Shown one piece after another: positions 1 to 10,076 of a stretch of DNA of 64,000 bases (position 1 is its first letter; every line of letters starts with the position of its first letter). This stretch comes from an uncultured Planctomycetota bacterium (GTDB lineage: Bacteria; Planctomycetota; Planctomycetia; Gemmatales; Gemmataceae): positions 1,088,001 to 1,152,000 of the forward strand of contig CAWKHF010000005.1 of the NCBI GenBank assembly GCA_963849325.1, given 5' to 3'. The position numbers and the translations under genes were made by a program. Under the pieces are notes generated by a model, which was given only the letters and a program-made list of their open reading frames with translations, was not told where the DNA came from and ran no database searches.

Positions 1-236
1 ACGGTGCCGGTGGCCGTGCCCATCATGCCATCGTGCGGCCCCCGTTCGCGGAGGGTGCCGGCCGCGGACTTGACGCGCTCGCCTAGGGCGGTGGTGGCCT
101 CGTCCACGCGCTTGCCGGCGTTGGAAACCAATTCCTGGGCCTTGCCCATCGCGGCCGACGCCGCCTGCTGGACCTTCTCGCTGGCCTGGTTCGCCGCATC
201 CTCCACATTGCTCCGAATGGCGTTGGTGTCCGACAT
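1..236 (-). CDS. Small Ala-rich helical protein, DUF883/ElaB- or LEA-like (runs off the window start)
   Basis: ATG at 236 preceded by SD AAAGGAG; reads MSDTNAIRSNVEDAANQASEKVQQAASAAMGKAQELVSNAGKRVDEATTALGERVK, open to the window edge. Confidence 0.65.
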   Translation of the reverse strand, partial: MSDTNAIRSNVEDAANQASEKVQQAASAAMGKAQELVSNAGKRVDEATTALGERVKSAAGTLRERGPHDGMMGTATGT

Positions 237-460
237 GATTGTTCTCCTTTCCCGAAAACATTTCCCGACGCACGGGACATACGAAGCAAGATCGATGCCA
301 AGACCGGCGAAAGGATCGGCTGGAGCAAGCCTCGCTCCACGCTACGGCTCGGTAACAGTTTACGGGAACGAACGATGATTTGCTCAGGCGAGACTGGAAT
401 AGCTCGGCATCGGCAAGCCAAGAAGTGGGAAGGCGGGGTATCAAGACGGACGCACGGCAC

Positions 461-526
461 CTAGCGAGCGGGGGGCGTAAGCCCTCTGTTGGGTGTAACA
501 GGGGGCTTACGCCCCCCGCTCGCCAG
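461..526. repeat. REP-like palindrome, family A
   Basis: GCGAGCGGGGGGCGTAAGCCC...GGGCTTACGCCCCCCGCTCGC; related copies at 21498 and 40698. Confidence 0.85.
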
Positions 527-528
527 CC

Positions 529-2563
529 TTACTTCCTCTTCGCCGCCCTGGCTTCGAGGTACATCCCCAGCGCGTCGGCCAGGGCGGTCAGACTGCCCGG
601 ATTGGTCTTCAGCGGGACGGCCAGCGCCTTGAAGGTCTTCTCCGCCCATTCGGCGTAGCGCTCCTCGCCGGTCTTCGTCCACAGGCGGACCAGGTTGCGC
701 GCGGCGACGCTGTTGCTGGCCGGCTGGGCGCCGTCGTACTGCTCCTTGCTGCGGGCGAACAGCTTTTCGTGATCGTTGGACGTGTAGAAGAAGCCGCCGT
801 GCTCCTTGTCGCCGTGAAACTCGGACCATGATGTCCGTCAGCGTCTTCGCCTCGTCGAGCCAGCGCTTTTCGCCGGTCGCGTCGTGCAGGCCGAGCAGGC
901 CATGCACCAGGAAGGCGTAATCGTCGAGGTAGCCGTTGAGACGGGCCTCCGCCTTCTGTCCGGGAGCGGCGCCGTAGGTCCGCAGCAGTCGGCCGTCCTT
1001 GGTCCGCAAGGTCTGCAGCACGAAGTCGGCGGCGCGCACCGCGCTCTCGATCGGCTTCTTCTCGCCCAGCGCCTGCCCGGCGGCCGCCAGGCCGGCGATC
1101 ATCTGTCCGTTCCACGCCGTCAGCACCTTCGTGTCGAGGAACGGTCGCGGCCGCTTCGCCCGCACTCGAAAGAGCTTCTCGCGCAGAGGGGCGAGCCGCG
1201 CTTCGAGTTGCTCTTCCGTCATCTCGCGGTCCTTCGCCTGCTCGGCGAGCGGACGCGGCAGGGTCAGGATGTGATAGCGCGACTCGAAATTCGGCCTCGC
1301 CGTCCGCCCCGTAGACCTGTTTGAACAAATCCGTCTGCCCCTTGTCCGAGAGGACGGCGTCGATCTCCTTCGCGGTCCAGACGTAGAAGCGACCCTCCTC
1401 GCCCTCTGAGTCGGCGTCGAGCGCGGAATAAAATCCGCCCTCCGGCGAGGTCATCTCGCGGCCGATGAAGGCGATGGTTTGCTCCAGGACGCGCCGGTAT
1501 TGCGGCTTCTTCGTGGTCCGGTAGGCGTCGGCGTAGACCTCGCAGAGCTGGGCGTTGTCGTACAGCATCTTCTCGAAGTGCGGCACGGTCCAGGTGCGTT
1601 CGGTGCTGTAGCGATGGAAGCCGCCGCCGAGCTGATCGTAGATGCCGCCGCGCGCCATGTGGTCGAGCGTGACGGCGACCATGTCGTCGAGTTCCTTGGC
1701 GCGGTCCTTCGACTGACGCGCCGCGCCTCGTGCTGGAGCAGGGCCAGGCGCGACGGCATCGGGAACTTGGGGCCGCGGAAGTCGCGGGCCGGCGAGCCGA
1801 AACCGCCGTACTTGGGATCGAAGCTCTCCTTGACCTCGTCCACGGCCGCGTCGACGAGGTCGCGGTTGAGATCGAGGATCGCCGTGCCGCGCACCAGGCC
1901 TTCCAGGGCCGTACTGGTCTTCTCGGCGTTCTGGTCGGCCAGCTCCCGAACTTCCTTGGGCTTGTCCGTCCAGGCGTCCTGAACGATCTTGAAGGATGGT
2001 CTTGAAGCCGCGTACCTTGCCGCCCTCGAGCTCCTTGTCCTCGGGCGGCCAGTAGGTGCCGCCGAAGACCGGCTTGCCGTCGGCGCGTGAGGAACATCGA
2101 CAGCGGCCAGCCGCCGTTCTGCCGCGGCGGCATGACCTGCATGGCCGTCATGTAGACGTTGTCGATGTCCGGCCGTTCCTCGCGATCGACTTTGATGCAG
2201 ACGAAATCGCGGTTGAGGAGCTTGGCGATCTCCTCGTTCTCGAACGACTCGCGCTCCATGACGTGGCACCAGTGGCAGGAGCTGTAGCCGATCGACAGGA
2301 AGACGAGCTTGCCTTCCTTCTTGGCCTTGGCGAACGCTTCCTCGCCCCAGGGATACCAGTCCACGGGATTGTGGGCGTGCTGGAGGAGATAGGGGCTGGT
2401 CTCGCGGGCCAGGCGGTTGCTGTGCTTGGCCTTGGACGCGGGATTGGCCGGCGGTTCGGCCTCGGGGCTTGTCGGGGTCGGCCGGAACCATGTGGGCCAG
2501 CAGAAGGACCAGCATGCCCAATGTCAGGCCGCGGCGGAGCCAGCGCCACGTCGTTCGCAACAT
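529..2563 (-). CDS. Thioredoxin-domain protein YyaL/SPATA20 (DUF255) family, frameshifted in this sequence
   Basis: Motifs [65 protein letters not shown] and GYLDDYAF distributed over several frames. Confidence 0.9.
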
Positions 2564-2591
2564 GAGGGGTGAATCCTTAGGTGGAAAGTCA

Positions 2592-2662
2592 CCCTCTCGA
2601 CCAGCCCGGAGCGCGAGCGACGGGACAGCCCCGTCGCTCGCGCTCCGGGCTGGTCGAGAGGG
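2592..2662. repeat. REP-like palindrome, family B
   Basis: CCCTCTCGACCAGCCCGGAGCGCGAGCGACGGG / CCCGTCGCTCGCGCTCCGGGCTGGTCGAGAGGG. Confidence 0.85.
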
Positions 2663-2663
2663 A

Positions 2664-3148
2664 TCAGGGCACCGAGACCTTGACGGTCGCCGGCAGCAGG
2701 CAGCGAGCATTATCGCAGGCTTGCAGCTTGACACTCACTTCGAGGGGGTCGCTGTCCCCGCGCGTGCGCTTCACGTGGGCCTTGATCGTCAACTTGCCTT
2801 CGTAGATGTTGTACTTCACGCCGCGATCTTCGTGGACCTTGCCGGCGGGGTAGTCGATCTTGACGTCTTCGGGCTTGGCCTTGGCGTTGATGGTGACGAC
2901 CGTCTCGGCGTTGGCCAGGTCTTCGTTCTCGACCGGGTTGGCGTACAGGTGCCAGGCCTTTTCGATGTCCAGCGTGAGCGTCACCGTCTGCTTGCCGTCG
3001 GCGTCGGGCTTGTCGGCCGTGGCGTTCAGCTTGACGACGGAATCCGATTTTTTGATCTGTGCTCGCGCCGTGCCGGCCGACCCGGCGACCAGCGCCGCCA
3101 ATGCGACGGCGAGCGAACGACAACGCGACGTGAACCAGTCCGAACCAT
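2664..3148 (-). CDS. Secreted DsbD N-terminal-domain protein (frameshift in signal region)
   Basis: LDIEKAWHLYANP, IDYPAG and KLQACDNARCLLP; ATG at 3148 with SD GAGGA. Confidence 0.8.
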
Positions 3149-3315
3149 CTCGGATTCCTCCCTATATCGGGGCGTGCCACGGGGCGAACGCCGAACGTCC
3201 TGCGATACGGTCCTCGGAGTCGTCCGCGTCGCTGGGTGAAAAAGAGTGGCGACCGCGGGCCGGCTCCGGCTTATAATCGCGGAAGATATTGTACACCGTG
3301 AAGAAAGGGCAAACC

Positions 3316-4200
3316 ATGCGAAGTTTTCGGGGGCTGATGCTGGCCCTGGCGGTCGGGCTGGCAGGTACGGCGATGGCGGCGGACCCGGCCAGCTCGGCGG
3401 ACGAGCTAAAAAAGAGGGCCGAGGCAAACTGGGACACGGTCGGCGCCGGCAAGCCGGTCCTGTACGAGACGAAGCACTTCCTGGTCTGCGCTCCCGAGGC
3501 GATGGCCAAGCGGCTCAAGGACGTGGGCGAACTGCTGGAGAAGCACCACGACAAGGCGAAGGAGGCGTTGCAGTTCGAGAGGAAGGAGGAGAACAAGGGC
3601 GAGGTGCTGCCGGGCAAGGTGACGGTGTACCTGTTCCCGGAGCGCGAGCAGTTCACGGCGTTCGTGCGGCGGATCGAGGGCCGTCGCCTGTTGCCGGAGG
3701 AGACGGGCAGTTACGCGGCCGCCGACGCCAAGCTGCACGTGGCGGCCAGTCCGCCGCGGAGCAAGCAGGGTTGGTCGGTCGAGAGCCAGGCGTGCGAGCA
3801 GGCGGCGAGCCTGATGCTGGCGCGACGGGCCGGGGTCCGCACGATCCTGCCGGAGTGGTTGGTGGCCGGCTTCGGTCGGGCGACGTATTACCGCGTCGCC
3901 CCGCGCGACCGGGCAGTGCTGTCCGACCGCGGCCAGGCGGCCGCCCTGTCGCGCAAGCACAGTGCCGCCGACATCTGGGACGGCAAGGTCTCCGCCGACG
4001 AGGCCGACGCCTTGCAGGGCAGCCTGGTGGACTTCCTGGCCTACGGCCCGGCCTCGCGGGCGTTCCCGAAGTTTGTCGCCGGCTTCGCCCCGGAAGAACG
4101 AATCGAGAAGAAGACCGCCGCCCAGGCGTTCGACACTGCCGGACTCAAGCCGGATCGGATCGCCGCCAGCTGGAAAAAGTGGGTGCCGACGGCGCGCTGA
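3316..4200 (+). CDS. Secreted hypothetical protein, peptidase-MA-like fold with degenerate motif
   Basis: Signal peptide MRSFRGLMLALAVGLAGTAMA; YETKHFLV and LPEWLVAGFG; TATAAT at 3272. Confidence 0.7.
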   Translation: MRSFRGLMLALAVGLAGTAMAADPASSADELKKRAEANWDTVGAGKPVLYETKHFLVCAPEAMAKRLKDVGELLEKHHDKAKEALQFERKEENKGEVLPGKVTVYLFPEREQFTAFVRRIEGRRLLPEETGSYAAADAKLHVAASPPRSKQGWSVESQACEQAASLMLARRAGVRTILPEWLVAGFGRATYYRVAPRDRAVLSDRGQAAALSRKHSAADIWDGKVSADEADALQGSLVDFLAYGPASRAFPKFVAGFAPEERIEKKTAAQAFDTAGLKPDRIAASWKKWVPTAR

Positions 4201-4201
4201 T

Positions 4202-4260
4202 CCGAGCCGCGACCGTCAGGGAGCGGTGACGAAGACCGCTCCCTGACGGTCGCGGCTCGG
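4202..4260. repeat. REP-like palindrome, family C
   Basis: CCGAGCCGCGACCGTCAGGGAGCGG / CCGCTCCCTGACGGTCGCGGCTCGG between convergent genes. Confidence 0.85.
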
Positions 4261-4261
4261 T

Positions 4262-5404
4262 TTACGCTCCGATTTCCGCCAGCGCTCGTGCGAGATGATC
4301 GATGTCCTCGGGCGTGCTGAACGGGCCGGGGCTGACGCGAACCGTGCCTTCGGGGGCCGTCTTCAGGGCGTGATGGATATACGGGGCACAGTGCAATCCC
4401 GGCCGCACGGCCACATCGAAAGAGCTATCGAGGGTGCCCCCAAGCTCCTGCGTATCCATCGCCTCGTTGCGAAAACTGATCGTGCCGACGCGCCGGACGT
4501 GATCGCGGTGGCCGAATACCTCGTATCCCTTCATCTCGTCCAGCCGTCGCCACAGTCGTTCGACCAACTCGACCTCATGGCGATGGATGTGCTCGATCCC
4601 CCGTTGCTGAACGTAGCGGATGCCCTCAATAAGGCCGGCGACGCCGAGGACGTTGGGTGTGCCGCCTTCGAGGAAGTGGGGGAACTCGCGCGGCTGCGTC
4701 TCGCTGGACGAATCGCCGCCGGTGCCGCCCTCGCGCCACGCCGCCACGCGCGTGCGCGGGCCGGCGTAGAGGAAGCCCGTTCCTGTCGGCCCCAGCAGCG
4801 ACTTGTGACCGGGAGCGGCCAGCAGGTCGATATTCATCTCCTGGATGTCGATGGGTACGACGCCCGCCGTCTGGGCCGCATCCACCAGGAAAAGCAGATC
4901 GTGCTCGCGCGCCAGGCGTCCGATCTCAGCGATCGGCTGCACGGTGCCGAGCACGTTGCTGCCGTGCGTCAGAGCAATAAGGCGCGTTTTCTTGGTGATA
5001 GCGCGACGGAGGTCATCGGGCTGCACGGTGCCGCCGCCGTCGGCGGCCACGCGCGTCAGGCTGATGCGTCCGGCCAGCTCCATCGCTCGCAAGGGCCGAC
5101 TGACGCTGTTGTGTTCCAGGTTCGTCGTGATGACGTGATCGCCCTCGGCCAGCACGCCCTTGAAGGCCATGTTCAGGGCGTCGGTGCAGTTGAGGGTGAA
5201 GATGAAGCGCTCCGGTTCCTTGCCGTGGAAGAACTGGTTGAGCAGGTGGCGGCCCTCGTCGAGCACGTGCTCGGCGGCCAGCGCCATCTTGTGTCCGGCG
5301 CGGCCGGGGTTGGCGAGGCTCTGCCGGGCGAAGCGGTCGAGGGCTTGATAGACCGTTTCAGGCTTGGGGAAACTGGTGGCGGCGTTATCGAGGTAAATCG
5401 TCAT
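4262..5404 (-). CDS. Cysteine desulfurase family (aminotransferase class V)
   Basis: IYLDNAATS, EHNSV, VDAAQTAG, PGHKSLLGP and RPGLHCAP. Confidence 0.92.
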   Translation of the reverse strand: MTIYLDNAATSFPKPETVYQALDRFARQSLANPGRAGHKMALAAEHVLDEGRHLLNQFFHGKEPERFIFTLNCTDALNMAFKGVLAEGDHVITTNLEHNSVSRPLRAMELAGRISLTRVAADGGGTVQPDDLRRAITKKTRLIALTHGSNVLGTVQPIAEIGRLAREHDLLFLVDAAQTAGVVPIDIQEMNIDLLAAPGHKSLLGPTGTGFLYAGPRTRVAAWREGGTGGDSSSETQPREFPHFLEGGTPNVLGVAGLIEGIRYVQQRGIEHIHRHEVELVERLWRRLDEMKGYEVFGHRDHVRRVGTISFRNEAMDTQELGGTLDSSFDVAVRPGLHCAPYIHHALKTAPEGTVRVSPGPFSTPEDIDHLARALAEIGA

Positions 5405-5425
5405 GAGTTAACCGTGAATTCTCGC

Positions 5426-5710
5426 TCAGGGGACTGCGCCATTGGACCGGAAGGAAACGTAATGGACCTTGGCCACCTCAACAATTCGATCCGGCTCTCG
5501 AACCGCGAAAAGAACTAACAGCGGATAGAAAACCATTTCTCGCCTTCCCGTGGAAGATAGGGTTCCCTTCCGCTCCGGATCGTTCACCAGCTCCGCATCA
5601 ACCTCCGCCGCTGCCGTGGTAATGGCTTCGCGCTGCTGAGGATGATCGATCCAAAGCTGCGCCAGTTGGTCGAGGGCGTGCTGCAACCAAGTAACCGTGA
5701 AGCGAGTCAT
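5426..5710 (-). CDS. RelE/ParE-like toxin (putative)
   Basis: 94 aa, MTRFTVTWLQHALDQLAQLW...; 4-nt overlap with a small upstream ORF. Confidence 0.6.
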   Translation of the reverse strand: MTRFTVTWLQHALDQLAQLWIDHPQQREAITTAAAEVDAELVNDPERKGTLSSTGRREMVFYPLLVLFAVREPDRIVEVAKVHYVSFRSNGAVP

Positions 5711-5928
5711 TTCGACTCCAACGAGCGCAGATGCGCCAAAACCTGCTCCGTCGTGTAACGCGGTTCATCGGAGGCCAGATGTCGTTCAGCCTCTTCGAGA
5801 TCAGCCGGCGTGAAACCGACAAACTGGAGATAGCCGACGAGATGGCCACCGCTATCGCGCACTTCAACCTGTCTTGGTGTCTCAGCGAGGATTTTCATCT
5901 GCTCGTCGTTCAGAACGATGTGTTTCAT
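5707..5928 (-). CDS. Putative antitoxin
   Basis: MKHIVLNDEQ...EPRYTTEQVLAHLRSLE; SD AAGGAGG; translationally coupled to the toxin-like ORF. Confidence 0.6.
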   Translation of the reverse strand: MKHIVLNDEQMKILAETPRQVEVRDSGGHLVGYLQFVGFTPADLEEAERHLASDEPRYTTEQVLAHLRSLESK

Positions 5929-6084
5929 GAATGCAATCCTCCTTATACCATCAACATAACGAGAAACCTTACTGCCTGCCAGGATTGTTCTCTCACGCAC
6001 CGGACGGCAACGGATCGCTTGCGGAAACCCGGGCTACTTCATTTCCCCCGATCACCCGTCTCGCTCCACGCGCAACGGACCCCA

Positions 6085-7155
6085 TCAATGCCCGACGTAT
6101 TTGGCATACAACGTCCGCGCCTTGTCCACGTCGGCGGTCCCCTTGATAATGGCCCGACCGTCGGGGAACACCGTGAACTCATAGCTCTCGACGTTGAACT
6201 TGAGCAGGAATCGGTTGTAATTCACCTCGCCCATCTTCTCCAGGTGACGGGCCATCTCCTCGAAGTTGAGCTTGGTCGGCGTGCGGTGCGACACCTGCAC
6301 GGCATTGCGGCCGCACAGGCTGGTTGTCTGCGAACCGTGGGCGCCGTCCAGCCACTCGAAGCGGCGATGCCGGCAGCAGGGACAATCGACCTTGCCCAGC
6401 AGCGGCGCGATCTTGATGCGGCGCTGCACGTTGTCCCAGATGTCGAAGTACAGCAGTTCGCGGTTGATCCGGTCGCGTCGGCCGGTCAGGATCTTGAATG
6501 CTTCGGTCGCTTGCAGGCTGGCGATGATGTTGACCATCGGGCCGAGGACGCCGGCCGTCTCGCAGGTGCCGGCCTCGCCCGGCGCCGGGGCGGCCTCGAA
6601 AACGCAGCGCAGACACGGCGTTTCGCCGGGCAGAATGGTCATCGTCTGGCCGTGGCTGCCGATGCAGCCGCCGTAGACCCACGGTTTGCCCAGCTTCACG
6701 GCCACGTCATTGATGAGATAACGGATCTCGAAATTGTCCGTACCATCGAGGATCAGGTCGGCGTCCTGCACCAGTTCGACGATGTTGGTGCGATCGATGT
6801 CGGCGACGACGGGATCGACGTGGACGCTGGAGTTGATGGCGCCGAGCTTGCGGGCGGCGGCCTCGGCCTTGGGCAGGTTCTCGGCCACGTCATGCTCATC
6901 GAACAGCACTTGCCGTTGCAGGTTGCTCGTCTCGATGAAATCGCGGTCGATCAGGCGCAGATGGCCGACGCCGGCGCGAACCAGGGCGTTGGCCAGCACG
7001 GTGCCCAGGGCGCCGCAGCCGCACAGCGTCACGCGCGAAGCGAGCAAGCGGCGTTGGCCGTCCTCGCCGATGCCGGGGAAGCGAATTTGCCGGCTGTAGC
7101 GCTCCAGGCTCCCGTCGCTGGCGCTCCGGGCTTGGGGGGATGCGTCCGTCGTCAT
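6085..7155 (-). CDS. ThiF/MoeB family adenylyltransferase
   Basis: RYSRQ, GCGALG, DRDFIETSNLQRQ, GTDNFEIRYLIND, TPCLRC and CPCC; no rhodanese domain. Confidence 0.92.
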   Translation of the reverse strand: MTTDASPQARSASDGSLERYSRQIRFPGIGEDGQRRLLASRVTLCGCGALGTVLANALVRAGVGHLRLIDRDFIETSNLQRQVLFDEHDVAENLPKAEAAARKLGAINSSVHVDPVVADIDRTNIVELVQDADLILDGTDNFEIRYLINDVAVKLGKPWVYGGCIGSHGQTMTILPGETPCLRCVFEAAPAPGEAGTCETAGVLGPMVNIIASLQATEAFKILTGRRDRINRELLYFDIWDNVQRRIKIAPLLGKVDCPCCRHRRFEWLDGAHGSQTTSLCGRNAVQVSHRTPTKLNFEEMARHLEKMGEVNYNRFLLKFNVESYEFTVFPDGRAIIKGTADVDKARTLYAKYVGH

Positions 7156-7490
7156 GCTTCGCCTTTCTCGATGCCGAAATCCTGGAGGAAACTTTGTAGC
7201 ACCCGCACCAGTTGTTTGGGCCATTTTTCCTGTTTGGCGAACGCGATCAGGCAGGCCATGTCCTCGCGCACTTGCCGTAGCAGTGCTCCGTCGAGGCGCT
7301 GCAGGTAGCCGGCCAGGTAATGCAGCGCCTCCTCGGCGGCGGCGGCATCGACCACGGTATCGTCGGAACCGGCCAGGAATACGGTGGCGTGCAAGGCAGC
7401 CAGCAGCAGGGGGTTGACACCCAACTCGGGCGGGATCAGGGGAAAGACCGCCGCACCCTCGGGCACCTCGGCCTCGCCGGCATCGCTCAT
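7152..7490 (-). CDS. Hypothetical protein
   Basis: 112-aa ORF tightly coupled between the MoaD-like and ThiF-like genes. Confidence 0.7.
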   Translation of the reverse strand: MSDAGEAEVPEGAAVFPLIPPELGVNPLLLAALHATVFLAGSDDTVVDAAAAEEALHYLAGYLQRLDGALLRQVREDMACLIAFAKQEKWPKQLVRVLQSFLQDFGIEKGEA

Positions 7491-7491
7491 G

Positions 7492-7764
7492 TCAACCTCC
7501 GGCCACGGCGGGAATGATCGCCAGTTCGTCGCCGTCCTTGACCGGCGTGGCGAGATTATCCAGATAGCGAATGTCCTCATTATTGAGGTAGATGTTGACG
7601 AAGCGCCGCACCTGCCCGTTGTCGAAGAGGCGCTGCGTCAGGGCGGGGTACTTACTGCCCAGGGCGGCGAGGGCGGTCTGCACGTTGGTCCCGGCGACCT
7701 GCACGGACGCTTGCCCGTCGGCGTGCGGACGCATCGGCGTCGGAATATGGATGGTGATCGGCAT
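7492..7764 (-). CDS. MoaD/ThiS ubiquitin-like sulfur carrier protein
   Basis: IHIPTPMR, RRFVNIYLNNEDIRYL and C-terminal IPAVAGG. Confidence 0.92.
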   Translation of the reverse strand: MPITIHIPTPMRPHADGQASVQVAGTNVQTALAALGSKYPALTQRLFDNGQVRRFVNIYLNNEDIRYLDNLATPVKDGDELAIIPAVAGG

Positions 7765-7803
7765 GATGTTCCTCCACAAAGCGCGACAACAGAAACCAGG
7801 TCG

Positions 7804-8346
7804 TCACAGTCCAGCCGCGAGCCGGCGCGGTTTGCGGCGGACGCGGACAGCCTGGATCAACAGGGCGAGAATGACGATTTTCACCGGCAGACCCAGCAGC
7901 GCCAGGCCGGGCAACACCAGCGCGTCCACGAGGGCCAGCCCTAGGTAGATGGCTCCCGCCGTCAGGACGGCCGGCAGCGGCTGCCAACGCGCCCACCAGC
8001 CCAGGGCGAGGAAAATCAGCAATATCGCCACGCCGATCAGCAGCAGGTCGGGAATGAAGTCGGCCTTCAGCTGCTCGCGCGACACCAGCAGCGGTCCCAG
8101 GACGATCAAGCCGCCGCAGCCGATGAGGTTGACGAGAGCGGCGCTGAACAGCCAAGCGGAGGGCTGCTGGCTTGGCGTCCGCTCGGAATCGGACGCGGGT
8201 ACGGCAGCCCGCTCGTGCGAGACCGACTCGTGGCGCTGGTGTGCCAGGGAGGCGGGGGGAAGTTTCTTGCCGCAGCCCTCGCAATAGCCCGCCGACTGGA
8301 CAGCGTCGTTGTCGGCGTCGCAGTACAGACATCGTACGCGGGACAT
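7804..8346 (-). CDS. Membrane protein with N-terminal zinc ribbon
   Basis: CLYC..CEGC followed by about 4 hydrophobic segments. Confidence 0.7.
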   Translation of the reverse strand: MSRVRCLYCDADNDAVQSAGYCEGCGKKLPPASLAHQRHESVSHERAAVPASDSERTPSQQPSAWLFSAALVNLIGCGGLIVLGPLLVSREQLKADFIPDLLLIGVAILLIFLALGWWARWQPLPAVLTAGAIYLGLALVDALVLPGLALLGLPVKIVILALLIQAVRVRRKPRRLAAGL

Positions 8347-8410
8347 GGCGCGTCTCTCTTCCGGGCCACTGGCGGCTTCGCGCGACGCTAAGCCGTCAGC
8401 GGCCACCGTG

Positions 8411-9668
8411 TCACACCAGCACCGGACTCGACGCCTCGGCGATCAGACCGCTGAACTCCTCCAGCGACGGCGCGATGACGGTCGGCTCTTCCAGGTAGTC
8501 GGCCACGGCGTCCTGCGTCTTCAGGCCGTTGCCGGTGATGCACAGCACGATCTCCTCGTCGCGCGGCAGGCGACCCTGTTCGAGCAATTTGCGGGCGACG
8601 GCGAGGGTCACGCCGCCGGCCGTCTCGGCGAAGATGCCCTCGGTTCGGCCCAGCAGTGCCATCGCCTCGGCGATCTCGCGGTCGCTGACGTCCTCGGCCC
8701 AGCCGCCCGAGTCGCGGATGACCTTCGCCGCGAAATAGCCGTCGGCCGGATCGCCGATGGCCAGCGACTTGGCGATGGTGTTCGGCTTGCGCACCGGCCG
8801 ATGAGCGTCCCAGCCGTTCTTGACCGCGGCGCTGATCGGGTTGCAGCCGGTCGGCTGGGCGCCGTAGAACTTGCAGCGCGGCTGTTCGATCAGTCCGGTG
8901 CGGTGCAGCTCGGTAAACGCCTTCTGAATCTTGCCGATCAGGCTGCCGCCGGCCATCGGACAGACGACGTGTCGCGGGGTGCCGCCAGCCGAGTTGCTCG
9001 GCCATCTCGAAACCAAACGTCTTGGAACCCTCGGCGTAGAACGGCCGCAGGTTGATGTTGACGAAGCCCCAACCGTACTTGAAGGCGATCTGCGTACACA
9101 GGCGGTTGACCTCGTCGTAGGTGCCGCGGATGCCGATGACCTTCGCCCCGTAAACGCTGGTGCCGAGGATCTTGGAACGCTCCAGGTCGGCCGGCACGAG
9201 GATGTAACTCTCCAGGCCGGCGGCGGCGGCGTTGGCGGCGACGCTGTTGGCCAGGTTGCCGGTCGAGGCACAGCCCACCGTGGTCAGGCCGAGTTCGCGG
9301 GCCTTGCTCAGAGCGACGGCGACGACGCGGTCCTTGAACGACAGCGTCGGGAAGTTCACGGCGTCATTCTTGAGCCACAGCCGTTCGACGCCCAGCTCAC
9401 GGGCCAGGCGGTCGGCCGGGACCAGCGGCGTACCGCCGACCTGCCGGCCGACGGTCGGCTCGCCGTCCAGCGGCAGAAACTCCTGGTAGCGCCACATGTT
9501 GAACGGCCGCAGCTCAATCTTGGCGCGGTCGAGGGCGTCGGCGATGGCGTCGTAGTCGTAATCGACTTCGAGGGGGCCGAAGTCCTCGGTGCAGAAGTTG
9601 GTCGCCGAGATGGGGTAAGCCTGGCCGCACAGGCGGCATTTCAGGCCGCGGACGAAAGAAGAAGACAC
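8411..9668 (-). CDS. Threonine synthase-like PLP enzyme (fold type II), frameshifted near 8990
   Basis: LKNDAVNFPTLSFKDR, CASTGNLA, NINLRPFYAEGSKT and ITGNGLKT; GTG start with SD GGAGG. Confidence 0.88.
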
Positions 9669-9783
9669 GGACAATTCCTCCACAAGCCGGAGCAAGGTTC
9701 CCGAGCCGGAGGTGTGTATCGTCCAGGAGGGGTTCTCTGCGGAAGGCAGAGAGTAGAGAGGCAAGAGGCGTGCGGGGCACACG

Positions 9784-9896
9784 ATCTTATCTCTCCCGGC
9801 GCACGCCGGGTAGGAGGTAGCACCAGCATCCCCCTTGCGGAGGACCGGTTGCTGTGGCTTCACAGGGCCTAATCCCTCAGCCACTCTGGATAAGAT
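9784..9896 (-). promoter_or_regulatory. SAM-I (S-box) riboswitch
   Basis: Minus strand ATCTTATCCAGAG-TGGCTGAGGGATTAGGCCCTGTGAAGCCA-CAGCAACC...GGTGCTACCTCC...GAGAGATAAGAT matches SAM-I P1, kink-turn, pseudoknot and GCAACC motifs. Confidence 0.92.
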
Positions 9897-10076
9897 ACCC
9901 ACCAGGTTGTCAGAACATGATCTTAGGACATCGTTGTGGCAGAGGCAATGGCCACTCGGCGTTTTTTCGGGAAAGCCACGGAAGCTCCACGGCAAATCCT
10001 TCACGGGACATTGGGCGGAAGGGGACCAATGAGGTAGAATGGGGACAGATTCATTACCTACGACAGGAGCTGGCCC

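Noticed and set aside
4262-5404. Selenium or selenocysteine system
   Set aside because: No selD, selA, selB or tRNA-Sec (UCA anticodon) is seen in the window.
5731-7308. Long antisense and alternate-frame ORFs (also 10294-11805, 16973-18304, 57637-59076 and others)
   Set aside because: Shadow ORFs expected in high-GC DNA, lying opposite well-supported genes and lacking motifs.
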